From Halalkalibacterium halodurans (GTDB lineage: Bacteria > Bacillota > Bacilli > Bacillales > Bacillaceae_D): DNA of 29,915 bases. The DNA is taken from the NCBI RefSeq assembly GCF_004376175.1, contig NZ_SNUY01000052.1, positions 1 to 29,915 on the forward strand, read 5' to 3'. Of the stretch, positions 8,412-17,042 are shown piece after piece (the first letter of the stretch is position 1; every line of letters begins with the position of its first letter). Made by a program: the position numbers and the translations under genes. The notes under the pieces were generated by a model. The model saw only the letters and a program-made list of their open reading frames with translations, made no database searches and was not told where the DNA came from.

Positions 8412-8828
8412 ATGGCAAGACTTTCAGCTGGACCATATGGGGAAACCCCTTTTCAGAAGCGATTAGGCCATAATCGTTACATTTTACGCGCTTGGAATGA
8501 ATTGAGCGAGATTCTCGAACAAGACGGGGCATTGTCTAGCACATTAAAAGAACAAGTGAGGCGAGCCCTCGCACAAAAAAATGGCTGTGAGTACTGCAAA
8601 GCAAAAGGGAGGCCTGATCCACAGCTGGTCGATGAAAAAACGGGAGTGGCCATCGGATTTGCTGAGGCGTTTTTACAAATGAGGGGCGCGGTGCCTGATT
8701 CCATTTTTGAAGTTGCAAGAGAAGCGCTTAGTGAACGAGAAATGAGTGAGCTCTGCGCTTTTATTTGCTTTACGACCGCGTCTCAATTTTTTGGTGCGTT
8801 GATGGACCTTCAGCCTGATGAACAGTAG
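8412..8828 (+). CDS. Carboxymuconolactone decarboxylase (CMD)/AhpD-like family protein, ~138 aa
   Basis: A CxxC motif sits in the AhpD-like context LKEQVRRALAQKNGCEYCKAKG. ATG 8412 has better spacing to the GGGAGGG RBS than the tracked ATG 8406. Confidence 0.65.
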   Translation: MARLSAGPYGETPFQKRLGHNRYILRAWNELSEILEQDGALSSTLKEQVRRALAQKNGCEYCKAKGRPDPQLVDEKTGVAIGFAEAFLQMRGAVPDSIFEVAREALSEREMSELCAFICFTTASQFFGALMDLQPDEQ

Positions 8829-8840
8829 GCTTCCCCCAAT

Positions 8841-8882
8841 ACCTAAAGCCCGAATCGGAGGAATTCCGTTCGGGCTTTAGGT
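8841..8882. terminator. Bidirectional terminator between the CMD gene and the mcp gene
   Basis: A 14-bp stem ACCTAAAGCCCGAA/TTCGGGCTTTAGGT with a 14-nt loop. Confidence 0.8.
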
Positions 8883-8889
8883 ATCTCTT

Positions 8890-10575
8890 TTACACTTTAA
8901 ATTGACTCATGAGCTGTTGGAGTTCTTCAGCTAATTGGGACAAGGCTTGAGCCGAAGAGGCGATCTCTTCCATTGAGGCCAGCTGTTCTTCCGTCGAGGC
9001 AGCCACGTTTTGTGTTTGTGAAGACGTGTCCACCGAAACTTGTGCCACCCCGCCAATGGAGACGGCTACTTCACCTGTACTTGTGGAAATGTCCTCTGTT
9101 GCGGTGACTAACTGCTTAATCTTATCCGTCAGCTTCTCCATAAAGGTGAGAATCTCTTGGAAGTTCGTCTCGGTTTCTTTAATGACGCGAAGCCCGCCCT
9201 CCACATCGTCAGCCACTTGATCAAACGAATGGTTGGAGCGTTTCATATCCTCTTGAATTTCCGCAATTAAGTTAGCAATCTGTGCCGAAGAGTGTTGCGA
9301 CTGTTCGGCTAATTTACGAACTTCTTCGGCAACGACTGTGAATCCTTTTCCGTGCTCTCCTGCTCGCGCCGCTTCAATGGCTGCATTTAATGCCAGCAAG
9401 TTCGTCTGTTCAGAAATACTAGCGATGACACTGGTAATATTGCCAATCTCTTTTGAGCGCGTGTCCAATGACTTGATCACTTCACCACTTTCCTCAACCG
9501 AGCGGTTAATGGCTTGAATTTGCTTGACCGTTTGCTGGACAAGAACCTCACCGTCCTTTGCTTTACCAATTGCTTGTGAACTAATATCAGAAATGCCGTT
9601 AGCATTCTCCGAAATAGCGTGAACGCTCATGGCCATGGCTTCTAGCGATTGGGAGGCATCTTCAACACTAGCAGACGCTTTTTCCGATCCTTCCGCTACT
9701 TGCTGAATCGCTTCGGTTATCGTTTCTGTTGCCTGACTCGTCTGCTCGGCACTGGCCGTTAGCTGCTCAGAGGAGGAGGCCACTTGGTTTGCTGAATCGA
9801 CCATCCGGTGGAGCGTGTCTTGTAGTTTTTCCGCCATCCGGTTGTAACTTTCGGCGACGACACTTAACTCATCTCCATTCGTGTCTTTGATGGCTGTTGT
9901 GAAATCCCCGTTTCCTGCGGCTTCAAGTGCTGCTGTTACAACGGTTAATCGTTTTTTCATTTTTCTTGTAAACCAGTAAACAGCTAAACTAGCAACGATG
10001 GCCACGAGAAGCAATGCGATAAAAATAAACGTTAAAGCATTAGCGACCGTTTCTGTTATAAATTCCTGTGAAGCGCCAACATAGAGCATACCAATGACTT
10101 GTCCTGATGCATCGGTTAACGGCATATAAGCGGTCTGATATTGATTTCCGACGACATTGGCTTCTCCTAAATAAAGCTCCCCGTTTGTTATTACCGTTTC
10201 AATCACTTCTTCAGAGGCTTGGGTCCCAACGGCCCGTTCGCCATCGATAAGGACGTTCGTGGCAATTCGTGTATCACCTGAAAAAATAGTAACCGTGTCC
10301 CCCGTATCTTCTCCAATGGCATCCACAAGGTCAAAGTTGTCATTCATCAATGTCGTTCCTTTGTAAAGCTCCCCATCGGTTGCTTTCCAGTCACCAGGAA
10401 ACCGTTCATCAATGTAGCGATGAGCTAAGGCAAGATCCGCTCTAGCCTTTTCCGTTGCGAACGCTTTAATTCCTTTTGTGATTTGATCGTTGACAACTAC
10501 TCCAATAACAGCGGCAAATACAAGGATGATCGACAGGACTAGGACATTGATTTTCGTTGCTAGTTTTAGCTTCAT
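8890..10575 (-). CDS. Methyl-accepting chemotaxis protein with extracellular single-Cache-type sensor, HAMP and MA domains, 561 aa
   Basis: It has an N-terminal TM, a periplasmic block [16 protein letters not shown]...AVGT...[17 protein letters not shown]...GMLYVG, a second TM and a HAMP domain. The conserved signalling hairpin is [38 protein letters not shown]. Confidence 0.9.
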   Translation of the reverse strand: MKLKLATKINVLVLSIILVFAAVIGVVVNDQITKGIKAFATEKARADLALAHRYIDERFPGDWKATDGELYKGTTLMNDNFDLVDAIGEDTGDTVTIFSGDTRIATNVLIDGERAVGTQASEEVIETVITNGELYLGEANVVGNQYQTAYMPLTDASGQVIGMLYVGASQEFITETVANALTFIFIALLLVAIVASLAVYWFTRKMKKRLTVVTAALEAAGNGDFTTAIKDTNGDELSVVAESYNRMAEKLQDTLHRMVDSANQVASSSEQLTASAEQTSQATETITEAIQQVAEGSEKASASVEDASQSLEAMAMSVHAISENANGISDISSQAIGKAKDGEVLVQQTVKQIQAINRSVEESGEVIKSLDTRSKEIGNITSVIASISEQTNLLALNAAIEAARAGEHGKGFTVVAEEVRKLAEQSQHSSAQIANLIAEIQEDMKRSNHSFDQVADDVEGGLRVIKETETNFQEILTFMEKLTDKIKQLVTATEDISTSTGEVAVSIGGVAQVSVDTSSQTQNVAASTEEQLASMEEIASSAQALSQLAEELQQLMSQFKV

Positions 10576-10752
10576 GTGAACACCTCTTATTCTTCTTTTG
10601 TCATAGGAAATTGGTTGTGTGTCCTATCTCCATCATAATCGATCGATTGCTTATTTACAATGAACGAACTAAAATCAAGGTAGAATCAAAAAAATAGATA
10701 GAAAGAAGTTCCCAGATCTTTAGTCTTGTAAGGGGAAAGGAGTAGATACGAG

Positions 10753-11250
10753 ATGAGAATTCGACCGATTGACACATTGGATGCAGAGGCGTTTCTTGAC
10801 TTAAGTAAAGCAGTTGATCAAACAGGGATGATGTTGTTTGAACCGAGGGAAAAAAAGTGGACGGTGGAGCAACAACGAAAAATGATTGATGGGATATTAG
10901 GAAGACGAAATTCGATGACATTTGTGGCGGAGGAGTATGGCAGGCTGATAGGCTATATTACAGCCATCGGTGGAAATGTGAAACGGACAGCGCACCGTGC
11001 CTATATTGTGGTAGGAGTTCGTGAAGAGGAACAAGGGCGAGGGATCGCGACAGAGTTGTTTAACCGGTTATTCAATTGGGCAAAAAGTGTGGATATTACC
11101 CGCTTGGAGCTAACCGTGATTAAAGACAATCGGAAGGCGTTTCAGCTTTATCAGAAACTAGGGTTTGTATTAGAAGGAGAAAAGGTCCATTCGCTGATGA
11201 TCGATGGAAAGCCTGTCAACGAATACTACTTATATAAATTGTTAGATTAA
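10753..11250 (+). CDS. GNAT-family N-acetyltransferase, 165 aa
   Basis: The acetyl-CoA motif A is VREEEQGRGIATELFNRLFNWA, and LELTVIKDNRKAFQLYQKLGF follows. Confidence 0.8.
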   Translation: MRIRPIDTLDAEAFLDLSKAVDQTGMMLFEPREKKWTVEQQRKMIDGILGRRNSMTFVAEEYGRLIGYITAIGGNVKRTAHRAYIVVGVREEEQGRGIATELFNRLFNWAKSVDITRLELTVIKDNRKAFQLYQKLGFVLEGEKVHSLMIDGKPVNEYYLYKLLD

Positions 11251-11260
11251 TAATAGAAGA

Positions 11261-11306
11261 AAAGCGGTCCAGTCTCTCTCGGACAGAAAGAGTGGATCGC
11301 TTTTTG
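11261..11306. terminator. Probable bidirectional terminator between the GNAT and CDF genes
   Basis: Imperfect hairpin AAAGCGGTCCAGTCTCT...AGAAAGAGTGGATCGCTTT followed by TTTTT. Confidence 0.55.
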
Positions 11307-11309
11307 GTG

Positions 11310-12215
11310 TTACGAAATGGCCCATTTTCGATCATGTGTAAACGTCATATTGACGAGAGGCTCATAGGGGAGGGAGCGGAGTGATTGGTGAAACTGCTGA
11401 CGAATGTCGTCTAGATCTTTAACATTCCTCGCACAAGAGGTTCGGTCGATAATAAAGTAAATATCGATAAAGAGTGTCTGGCCCACCTTCGCCATACGCA
11501 CATGAGATTCAGGAATCTGATATTTTTCCTCAATCGCATGAATGTGTGATTCAATCGATTGCTGTAATTCTAGATTTGGTGCCATCTCTAGCATTTCCTT
11601 TCCGTTCAAGACGATCTGCTTCACCGGCAGGATGATAAACAAACCGGCTGAGAGCGCGACCATTAGAGGATCGACATACGGAACGAGGAACGCGAACTTC
11701 GTATGTGCTAAAAGAAACGCTGCGGCGAAACCGATAAACACAGCGGCGCTCAGAAATGTATCCATTAACCATTGATGGGTTTCCGCTTTTATGAGCGGGT
11801 TTGCTCCTGCTTTTCGTCGTAAAAAGAAAAAGATAGCAGCACAACCAGCTGTGGAAAGAAGGGAATAGGCAGCTCCATGGATTGGAACGACATGCCGTCC
11901 GCCATCAACTAAATCACCTACAGCCGTGATGAACGCGAATAGGCAAAGGAGCGCAATAACTCCATGCTTGATGACCAGTGTGAGCGCTTGAACCATTCCT
12001 TTACCATACGGGAATTTATCCCGATCATCCTTCATCATAAACACGGTCGCCCCTAATGAAAATAGGGAAAGAACGACACTAATGAGCGAGTAGATCCCAT
12101 CAAATAGAATCATATGGGAATGAATCGCCAGTCCCCAAATGATGCCAACAGCAGAAAAGATAATCGCGCCAATGACTGAAATCGAAAGATAGAGAACAGA
12201 AACGCTTGATCTCAT
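11310..12215 (-). CDS. Cation diffusion facilitator (CDF)-family transporter, 301 aa
   Basis: It has six predicted TM helices, the conserved loop KFPYGKG, the TM5 segment ETHQWLMD, and a cytoplasmic C-terminal domain (IHAIEEKYQIPESHVRMAKVGQTLFIDIYFI). The overall layout matches Cation_efflux proteins. Confidence 0.65.
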   Translation of the reverse strand: MRSSVSVLYLSISVIGAIIFSAVGIIWGLAIHSHMILFDGIYSLISVVLSLFSLGATVFMMKDDRDKFPYGKGMVQALTLVIKHGVIALLCLFAFITAVGDLVDGGRHVVPIHGAAYSLLSTAGCAAIFFFLRRKAGANPLIKAETHQWLMDTFLSAAVFIGFAAAFLLAHTKFAFLVPYVDPLMVALSAGLFIILPVKQIVLNGKEMLEMAPNLELQQSIESHIHAIEEKYQIPESHVRMAKVGQTLFIDIYFIIDRTSCARNVKDLDDIRQQFHQSLRSLPYEPLVNMTFTHDRKWAIS

Positions 12216-12229
12216 TTTATCACCTCATA

Positions 12230-12250
12230 AATGATTGACTATCAGTCATT
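12230..12250. promoter_or_regulatory. Imperfect palindrome, candidate TetR operator in front of the CDF gene
   Basis: The minus strand reads AATGACTGATAGTCAATCATT. It shares AATGAyTGAT..TCAATCA with the palindrome at 12856-12877. Confidence 0.5.
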
Positions 12251-12272
12251 TTACAACTAAAAATACTGAGAG

Positions 12273-12830
12273 TTATCTCAGCATGTTCATGACAACTTGA
12301 AATGTATCTTCTTTTAACTGCGAAAGTTCTTGTTCACATTCATTGGCAAAATAATGTCTCTCTGCTGTAAATTCAATTAGGTTCACTATCATAGGAACGA
12401 GTGTTTGAATGTTGATGGTAAGGTACTTCTTTAAGTGCTTCTCAATCCAACGGTAATAAGGGTCGTAAATTTCTTCCCAGCGGTTCAAGGAATCGTAGTA
12501 AGAAAGACCAGCATAACAGAGAAGGATAACCTCCTTATACGATTTCGTTAAAGTAAAGCTTACATCGATTAACTCACGGATGAGTGTTTGCACGTCATCG
12601 TCTTCTTGAATACGGTTTTGAAGCTGATGCAACTGGTCTTGCAATATTTCATCAGCAATGGCAGGGATGATCTCATTTTTCGCTTGGAAATACGTATAAA
12701 ATGTTCCGTGGGCAACACCTGCTCTTTTGGCAATTTCACCAATCGACGCCTTTTCAAATCCCTTATCCTTCATCACATCAATGGCTGCCTGCAAGATCGC
12801 TCGATAGGTCTCTTCACTTTTGTATCTCAT
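12273..12830 (-). CDS. TetR/AcrR-family transcriptional regulator, 185 aa
   Basis: The HTH reads ILQAAIDVMKDKGFEKASIGEIAKRAGVAHGTFYTYFQAKNEI. The GGGAGGGG RBS precedes ATG 12830, whereas the tracked start 12872 lies inside the operator. Confidence 0.85.
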   Translation of the reverse strand: MRYKSEETYRAILQAAIDVMKDKGFEKASIGEIAKRAGVAHGTFYTYFQAKNEIIPAIADEILQDQLHQLQNRIQEDDDVQTLIRELIDVSFTLTKSYKEVILLCYAGLSYYDSLNRWEEIYDPYYRWIEKHLKKYLTINIQTLVPMIVNLIEFTAERHYFANECEQELSQLKEDTFQVVMNMLR

Positions 12831-12858
12831 TAGCCCCTCCCAACATATGGGTGAAAAT

Positions 12859-12875
12859 TGATTGATAATCAATCA
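12859..12875. promoter_or_regulatory. Perfect 8-1-8 palindrome, candidate TetR auto-operator
   Basis: TGATTGAT-A-ATCAATCA lies 3 nt downstream of the tetR -10 hexamer. Confidence 0.6.
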
Positions 12876-12877
12876 TT

Positions 12878-12906
12878 ATTGTATCGTGCCGATAAAATAA
12901 AGTCAA
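12878..12906 (-). promoter_or_regulatory. SigmaA-type promoter of the tetR-CDF operon
   Basis: The minus strand reads TTGACT (12901-12906), a 17-nt spacer, then TACAAT (12878-12883). Confidence 0.65.
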
Positions 12907-13031
12907 GAGAGGTCAATTTCAGCAAGAATCGGCCAAGGTGACGAGAAATATTATGAACGTTTCATCCCTTTATCATGAGAAGGATATGGTAGCATAGAAG
13001 AAAAGAGATACGAAGATAGGAGGAGATAGGA

Positions 13032-13655
13032 TTGGATCTTACCAGTCTTTTGTCGTTCTTAGGTGTGGCGGTTCTTCTGACGCTTATGCCTGGACCAGAC
13101 ATCTTATTTGTCTTAGCCCAAAGTATGTCGCAAAATCGCCAAGCGGGCATTGTCACAGCGCTCGGACTTTGTACAGGTCTGCTCGTACACATTACAGCAG
13201 CTGTTGTTGGTATATCAGCGCTCATTTATCAGTCTGCTCTCGCCTTTACTGTCGTAAAATACGCAGGAGCTGCATATTTGCTTTATTTAGCATGGAAGGC
13301 GTTTCAGGAAAAGGGAGAAGGTCTTTCGATTGACAAGCAAACCACCCTTGCCTACGGAGCCCTTTATAAGAAAGGCATTATTATGAATGTGTTAAATCCA
13401 AAAGTGTCCTTGTTTTTTCTCGCCTTGCTTCCCCAATTTGTAAACAGCGGGGCAGGATCTGCACCTTGGCAAATGCTTCTTTTAGGGGTTGTGTTTCTCA
13501 TTCAAGCCTTCATTATTTTTTCATTGGTTAGTTGGTTTGCGGAAAAGGTAGGGCAGCTCCTCATGCGTTCTTCATTTATAAAAAATCAAATGCATCGTAT
13601 AAAAGGCGGGTTACTCGCGCTTATTGGTCTTCAAGTGGCCTTTAGCAAAAATTAA
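13032..13655 (+). CDS. LysE/RhtB-family amino-acid efflux protein, 207 aa (TTG start)
   Basis: The N-terminal signature is LLSFLGVAVLLTLMPGPDILFVLAQS, and NPKVSLFFLALLPQF occurs mid-protein. AGGAGG lies 8 nt before the TTG. Confidence 0.8.
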   Translation: MDLTSLLSFLGVAVLLTLMPGPDILFVLAQSMSQNRQAGIVTALGLCTGLLVHITAAVVGISALIYQSALAFTVVKYAGAAYLLYLAWKAFQEKGEGLSIDKQTTLAYGALYKKGIIMNVLNPKVSLFFLALLPQFVNSGAGSAPWQMLLLGVVFLIQAFIIFSLVSWFAEKVGQLLMRSSFIKNQMHRIKGGLLALIGLQVAFSKN

Positions 13656-13670
13656 GAGAGGAAGCTGACA

Positions 13671-14342
13671 ATGACGACCATTATATTTGATATGGATGGC
13701 ACGCTCTTTCAAACCGATTCCGTGTTGGAAGGGGCGTTAGAAAAAACGTTCGACTACTTACGCCATACCGATCGCTGGCAAGGAGAGACCCCGATTGAAC
13801 AATACTTAGCAATCTTAGGGGCGCCGATGCACGTTGTTTGGGAGACGATCATGCCAAGTGCCTCTCATGAGGAACGTCAGGTAGCCGATCAAGCGTTTTG
13901 GGATTTTTTATTAGAAGAAATCCGTCTCGATCACGGAAAGCTTTATCCGAATGTAGGCAAGACGCTCGAAGAATTGTATCAATTAGGTTATGACTTGTAT
14001 GTGGCAAGTAACGGGTTCATGCGGTATCTACAAGAGATCGTCGACCACTATGGCTTCACCTCTTATTTGAAAGATATTTACGGTGCCGACCGGTTTGAGA
14101 CGGCCTCTAAAACAGAGCTGGTGGCAAAGTTAGTTCGTGACTATAGGATTGAGGGGGGCGTGATGGTGGGGGACCGATCATCAGATCTTACAGCAGGTGC
14201 TGATGCGAAGCTAGTTACAATCGGTTGTTTGTATGGATATGGGACTAAGGATGAACTGGATTCAGCAGATGTCCTCGTGGAAGACATCTCTGAAATCCGC
14301 TCGATCGTCTCACAGCGACTGGAAAATCATCAAAAACGCTAA
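13671..14342 (+). CDS. HAD-superfamily hydrolase (subfamily IA-like phosphatase), 223 aa
   Basis: Motif I is IIFDMDGTLF, motif II is VASNG and motif IV is MVGDRSSD. It starts 15 nt after the LysE gene, so the two are probably co-transcribed. Confidence 0.8.
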   Translation: MTTIIFDMDGTLFQTDSVLEGALEKTFDYLRHTDRWQGETPIEQYLAILGAPMHVVWETIMPSASHEERQVADQAFWDFLLEEIRLDHGKLYPNVGKTLEELYQLGYDLYVASNGFMRYLQEIVDHYGFTSYLKDIYGADRFETASKTELVAKLVRDYRIEGGVMVGDRSSDLTAGADAKLVTIGCLYGYGTKDELDSADVLVEDISEIRSIVSQRLENHQKR

Positions 14343-14912
14343 TCCCCAAATGAGGAGAGCAGATAGTCGGTTAAGATAGGTTACATATTTCTGAATCGCC
14401 TGAAGCTGGCCAAACCACCGACCGATCCAAGCGAGCAAGCAAAAATAAAGCCATGAGACAACGATTGTCCCACATGTAAACGACCATTTGTCTGCTGCTT
14501 CATAGAGCAACGAGTTCGTGCCGATGATCCCAAGGGTATCGAGGAGTGCGTGGGGATTCAGCAGGGAAACGGTTAAGGCGAACGACATTTGTTTTTTTGC
14601 TGTAAATGGTGCTACCTTACCGTTGCTCGCTGAGGTGCTGTTCCAAATGACCCAGCCCATATAAAGGAGGAAAACGAACCCTCCGATGATCAGAAAGGGA
14701 ACGAACCGCTCGACGAGGTGGGCAGCTACTGCCATCACCAGCACTGAAACGATAATGAGTATCGTATCGCAAATCGAGGCGGTCATGACAGCTGGCAATG
14801 CGCGACGAAGCTTATTTTGCGTCATCCCTTGGGTGAAAATAAATAGATTCTGTACGCCCATGGGCAAAATGAGACCGAAGGCGAGAAGAAAACCATGTAA
14901 AAATGAATCCAA
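14310..14912 (-). CDS. LysE/ArgO-family basic amino-acid exporter, 200 aa (TTG start)
   Basis: FLHGFLLAFGLILPMGVQNLFIFTQG is ArgO/LysE-like, and LLNPHALLDTLGIIG follows. The AGGAGGG RBS lies 7 nt upstream of the TTG. Confidence 0.75.
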   Translation of the reverse strand: MDSFLHGFLLAFGLILPMGVQNLFIFTQGMTQNKLRRALPAVMTASICDTILIIVSVLVMAVAAHLVERFVPFLIIGGFVFLLYMGWVIWNSTSASNGKVAPFTAKKQMSFALTVSLLNPHALLDTLGIIGTNSLLYEAADKWSFTCGTIVVSWLYFCLLAWIGRWFGQLQAIQKYVTYLNRLSALLIWGLAFLMIFQSL

Positions 14913-15027
14913 TCGTAAACCCTCCTAAAAGTGAAGTCGACATCATCATAGCAAGCGACGGTCGTTTGTCATCATCCAGTTCGCCTAGCTTGAGGCCAAC
15001 CAGTTCATTGAAATGAAGGTGAGAAGT

Positions 15028-16476
15028 ATGAAATTGGATTGGAAGCCTGATCGTTCAAGCCACGTTCCAATCTATCTGCAAATTAAAGAAGAGCTTAAGC
15101 GACGAATCGAGGGCGGCGAGTGGACGGTAGGTACCCTTTTGCCATCACAACGGGAACTGGCAAACCTGCTCGGTGTTAATCGAAGCACGATTGTCCAAGT
15201 GTATGAAGAATTAATGGCAGATGGCTTAGTCGAAAGTGTTCAGGGGAAAGGAACAAAAGTTGTCAACAACACGTGGAACGTCATTGCGGCTACGTCTCCA
15301 GATTGGCAGCAATACGTATCAGGTGGGGTGTTTCAGCCGAATAAAACGTATGTACAAAAGATCAACGAAGCGGAGTTTTCCGAGGAAGTCGTACGCCTTG
15401 GGACAGGAGAGCTAGCAAAAGGGTTACTCCCTGTTAAGCAAACCGAAGAAGTACTGGCTTCCCTCTCCCTTGAAGCAAGCCATTTAAGCTATGAAGAGGC
15501 GAAGGGTTCGCTTGCTTTACGAGAAGCGGTTTGCGAATTTGTCTCAAAATATGGGATTCACGTATCTCCGTCAAGCGTCTTAATTGTTTCGGGAGCACTC
15601 CAAGCTCTATCCCTTATGACGAATGGACTGTTTCAGGCAGGGGCACGTGTGGCTGTCGAGTCCCCGTCCTATTTAATGTCGTTACGTATACTTACGTCAG
15701 CGAACATACGTGGGGTCCAGGTGCCGTTAGCGGACGTGCAACACAAGCCGAGCGTCTTACGACAATACAAAAGGCAACAAGATGTGCAAATGTTTTATAC
15801 GATTCCTACGTTCCACAATCCAACGAATGTAACGTACAGCACCGCTGTTCGAAAGGAGCTACTACATGTTTGCCAAGCGATTCAACTGCCAATCATTGAA
15901 GACGATGTATACCGGGAGCTTTGGTTCGATGCGGCTCCACCACCTCCGTTAAAATCACTCGATCAAACAGGGAATGTTCTCTATCTCGGGAGCATGTCAA
16001 AAATCATCAGCCCTGGTCTTCGAGTCGGCTGGGTCATCGGTCCAGAGCCGGTTATCCACCGTTTGGCAGACATGAAAATGCAGACCGATTATGGGGCGAG
16101 CTCCATTTCCCAAGCGATCGCACAGAGATGGTTAACGAATAATGATTGGTTTACGAGTCATGCCCAGTTTGTGCGAGACAAGTTGAAAAATCAGCGAAAC
16201 GCGATGCTTCAATTGTTGCAGGAGCATATGGGGGAGCTAGCGGAATGGAATCGGCCCTCCGGTTCGTTTTACATTTGGTGCAAATTAAAACACCCAGTTG
16301 ATATGAACCGTGTCTTCCACCGCTGTTTAAAAGTCAACGTCTTAATTCATCCAGGTACGATTTATGAAGGCTCGAAGCATTCTTATATTCGTCTATCCTA
16401 TTCATACGAAACAGGGGAAAGGCTCGAATACGGCATAAAAGCGTTAGCTCGTGTGATACATGAAATGTTAGCGTGA
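15028..16476 (+). CDS. MocR-family regulator (GntR wHTH fused to a fold-type I aminotransferase-like PLP domain), ~482 aa
   Basis: The N-terminal wHTH reads PIYLQIKEELKRRIEGGEWTVGTLLPSQRELANLLGVNRSTIVQVYEELMADGLVESVQGKGTKV. The AAT-like domain has the candidate PLP lysine in YLGSMSKIISPGLRVGW. Confidence 0.85.
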   Translation: MKLDWKPDRSSHVPIYLQIKEELKRRIEGGEWTVGTLLPSQRELANLLGVNRSTIVQVYEELMADGLVESVQGKGTKVVNNTWNVIAATSPDWQQYVSGGVFQPNKTYVQKINEAEFSEEVVRLGTGELAKGLLPVKQTEEVLASLSLEASHLSYEEAKGSLALREAVCEFVSKYGIHVSPSSVLIVSGALQALSLMTNGLFQAGARVAVESPSYLMSLRILTSANIRGVQVPLADVQHKPSVLRQYKRQQDVQMFYTIPTFHNPTNVTYSTAVRKELLHVCQAIQLPIIEDDVYRELWFDAAPPPPLKSLDQTGNVLYLGSMSKIISPGLRVGWVIGPEPVIHRLADMKMQTDYGASSISQAIAQRWLTNNDWFTSHAQFVRDKLKNQRNAMLQLLQEHMGELAEWNRPSGSFYIWCKLKHPVDMNRVFHRCLKVNVLIHPGTIYEGSKHSYIRLSYSYETGERLEYGIKALARVIHEMLA

Positions 16477-16491
16477 AGGGGGAGAAGCACA

Positions 16492-16989
16492 GTGGAAAGT
16501 ATACGGATAATCGAAATGACAGACAACGATTGGCCTGAGGTAGAACGCATTTACAGAGAAGGGATAGAAACAGGGAATGCCACATTTGAAACGGAAGCTC
16601 CTTCGTGGGAGAAATGGGATGCCGGTCATGTGAAAAGCTGCCGTTTTGTGGCAAAGATTAAAGAAAAGGTCGTTGGCTGGGTAGCCTTGAGCCCAGTCTC
16701 CAGTCGCTGTGTTTATCAAGGAGTAGCCGAAGTCAGCGTTTATGTTGGCTCGACAGGAAGAGGAAAGGGAGTCGGGCGAAAGCTTCTGGCGTCCGTTGTA
16801 GAAGAAAGTGAAAAGCAAGGGTATTGGACGTTGCAGGCGTCCGTATTCCCTGAAAATGTGGCCAGTCTCAAGCTACACCGCCAGTTAGGATTCCGCGAAG
16901 TGGGGAAGCGGGAACGACTTGCAAAACGAGAGGGTGTGTGGCGGGACGTCATCTTGCTGGAGCGACGAAGCGAAAAGGTAGGATTGTAA
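16492..16989 (+). CDS. GNAT acetyltransferase of the phosphinothricin/methionine-sulfoximine N-acetyltransferase (PAT/YwnH-like) type, 165 aa (GTG start)
   Basis: IRIIEMTDNDWPEVERIYREGIETGNATFETEAPSWEKW...GWVALSPVSSRCVYQGVAEVSVYV...GKGVGRKLL matches my memory of the PAT family pattern. It starts 15 nt after the mocR stop. Confidence 0.65.
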   Translation: MESIRIIEMTDNDWPEVERIYREGIETGNATFETEAPSWEKWDAGHVKSCRFVAKIKEKVVGWVALSPVSSRCVYQGVAEVSVYVGSTGRGKGVGRKLLASVVEESEKQGYWTLQASVFPENVASLKLHRQLGFREVGKRERLAKREGVWRDVILLERRSEKVGL

Positions 16990-16993
16990 AAAA

Positions 16994-17026
16994 TAAAGGC
17001 GTTAGCCACCGCGGCTAACGCCTTTA
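16994..17026. terminator. Bidirectional terminator shared by the PAT gene (+) and the metE/small-ORF transcript (-)
   Basis: A 14-bp stem TAAAGGCGTTAGCC/GGCTAACGCCTTTA. The U-tract is better on the minus strand (TTATTTTTT). Confidence 0.85.
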
Positions 17027-17042
17027 TTAGAGCAGCACTCGT

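Noticed and set aside
10631-10662. SigmaD-type promoter (TAAA...CGATTAT on the minus strand) for the MCP gene
   Set aside because: The spacing between TAAA and the CGAT element is about 12 nt rather than about 15, and the -10 matches GCCGATAT poorly. I cannot support it.
11542-11844. ORFs 11542-11775 (+) and 11551-11844 (-)
   Set aside because: They are alternative-frame or antisense ORFs inside the CDF transporter gene, with no independent signals.
15531-16142. Alternative-frame ORFs inside the MocR gene
   Set aside because: They lie on the same strand in a different frame within a gene that has clear domain motifs. Their Cys/Arg/Ser-rich composition is typical of off-frame translation.
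16334-17009. Minus-strand ORFs 16334-16654, 16468-16818 and 16740-17009
   Set aside because: They are antisense to the MocR 3' end and the PAT gene, with no RBS and unusual composition.
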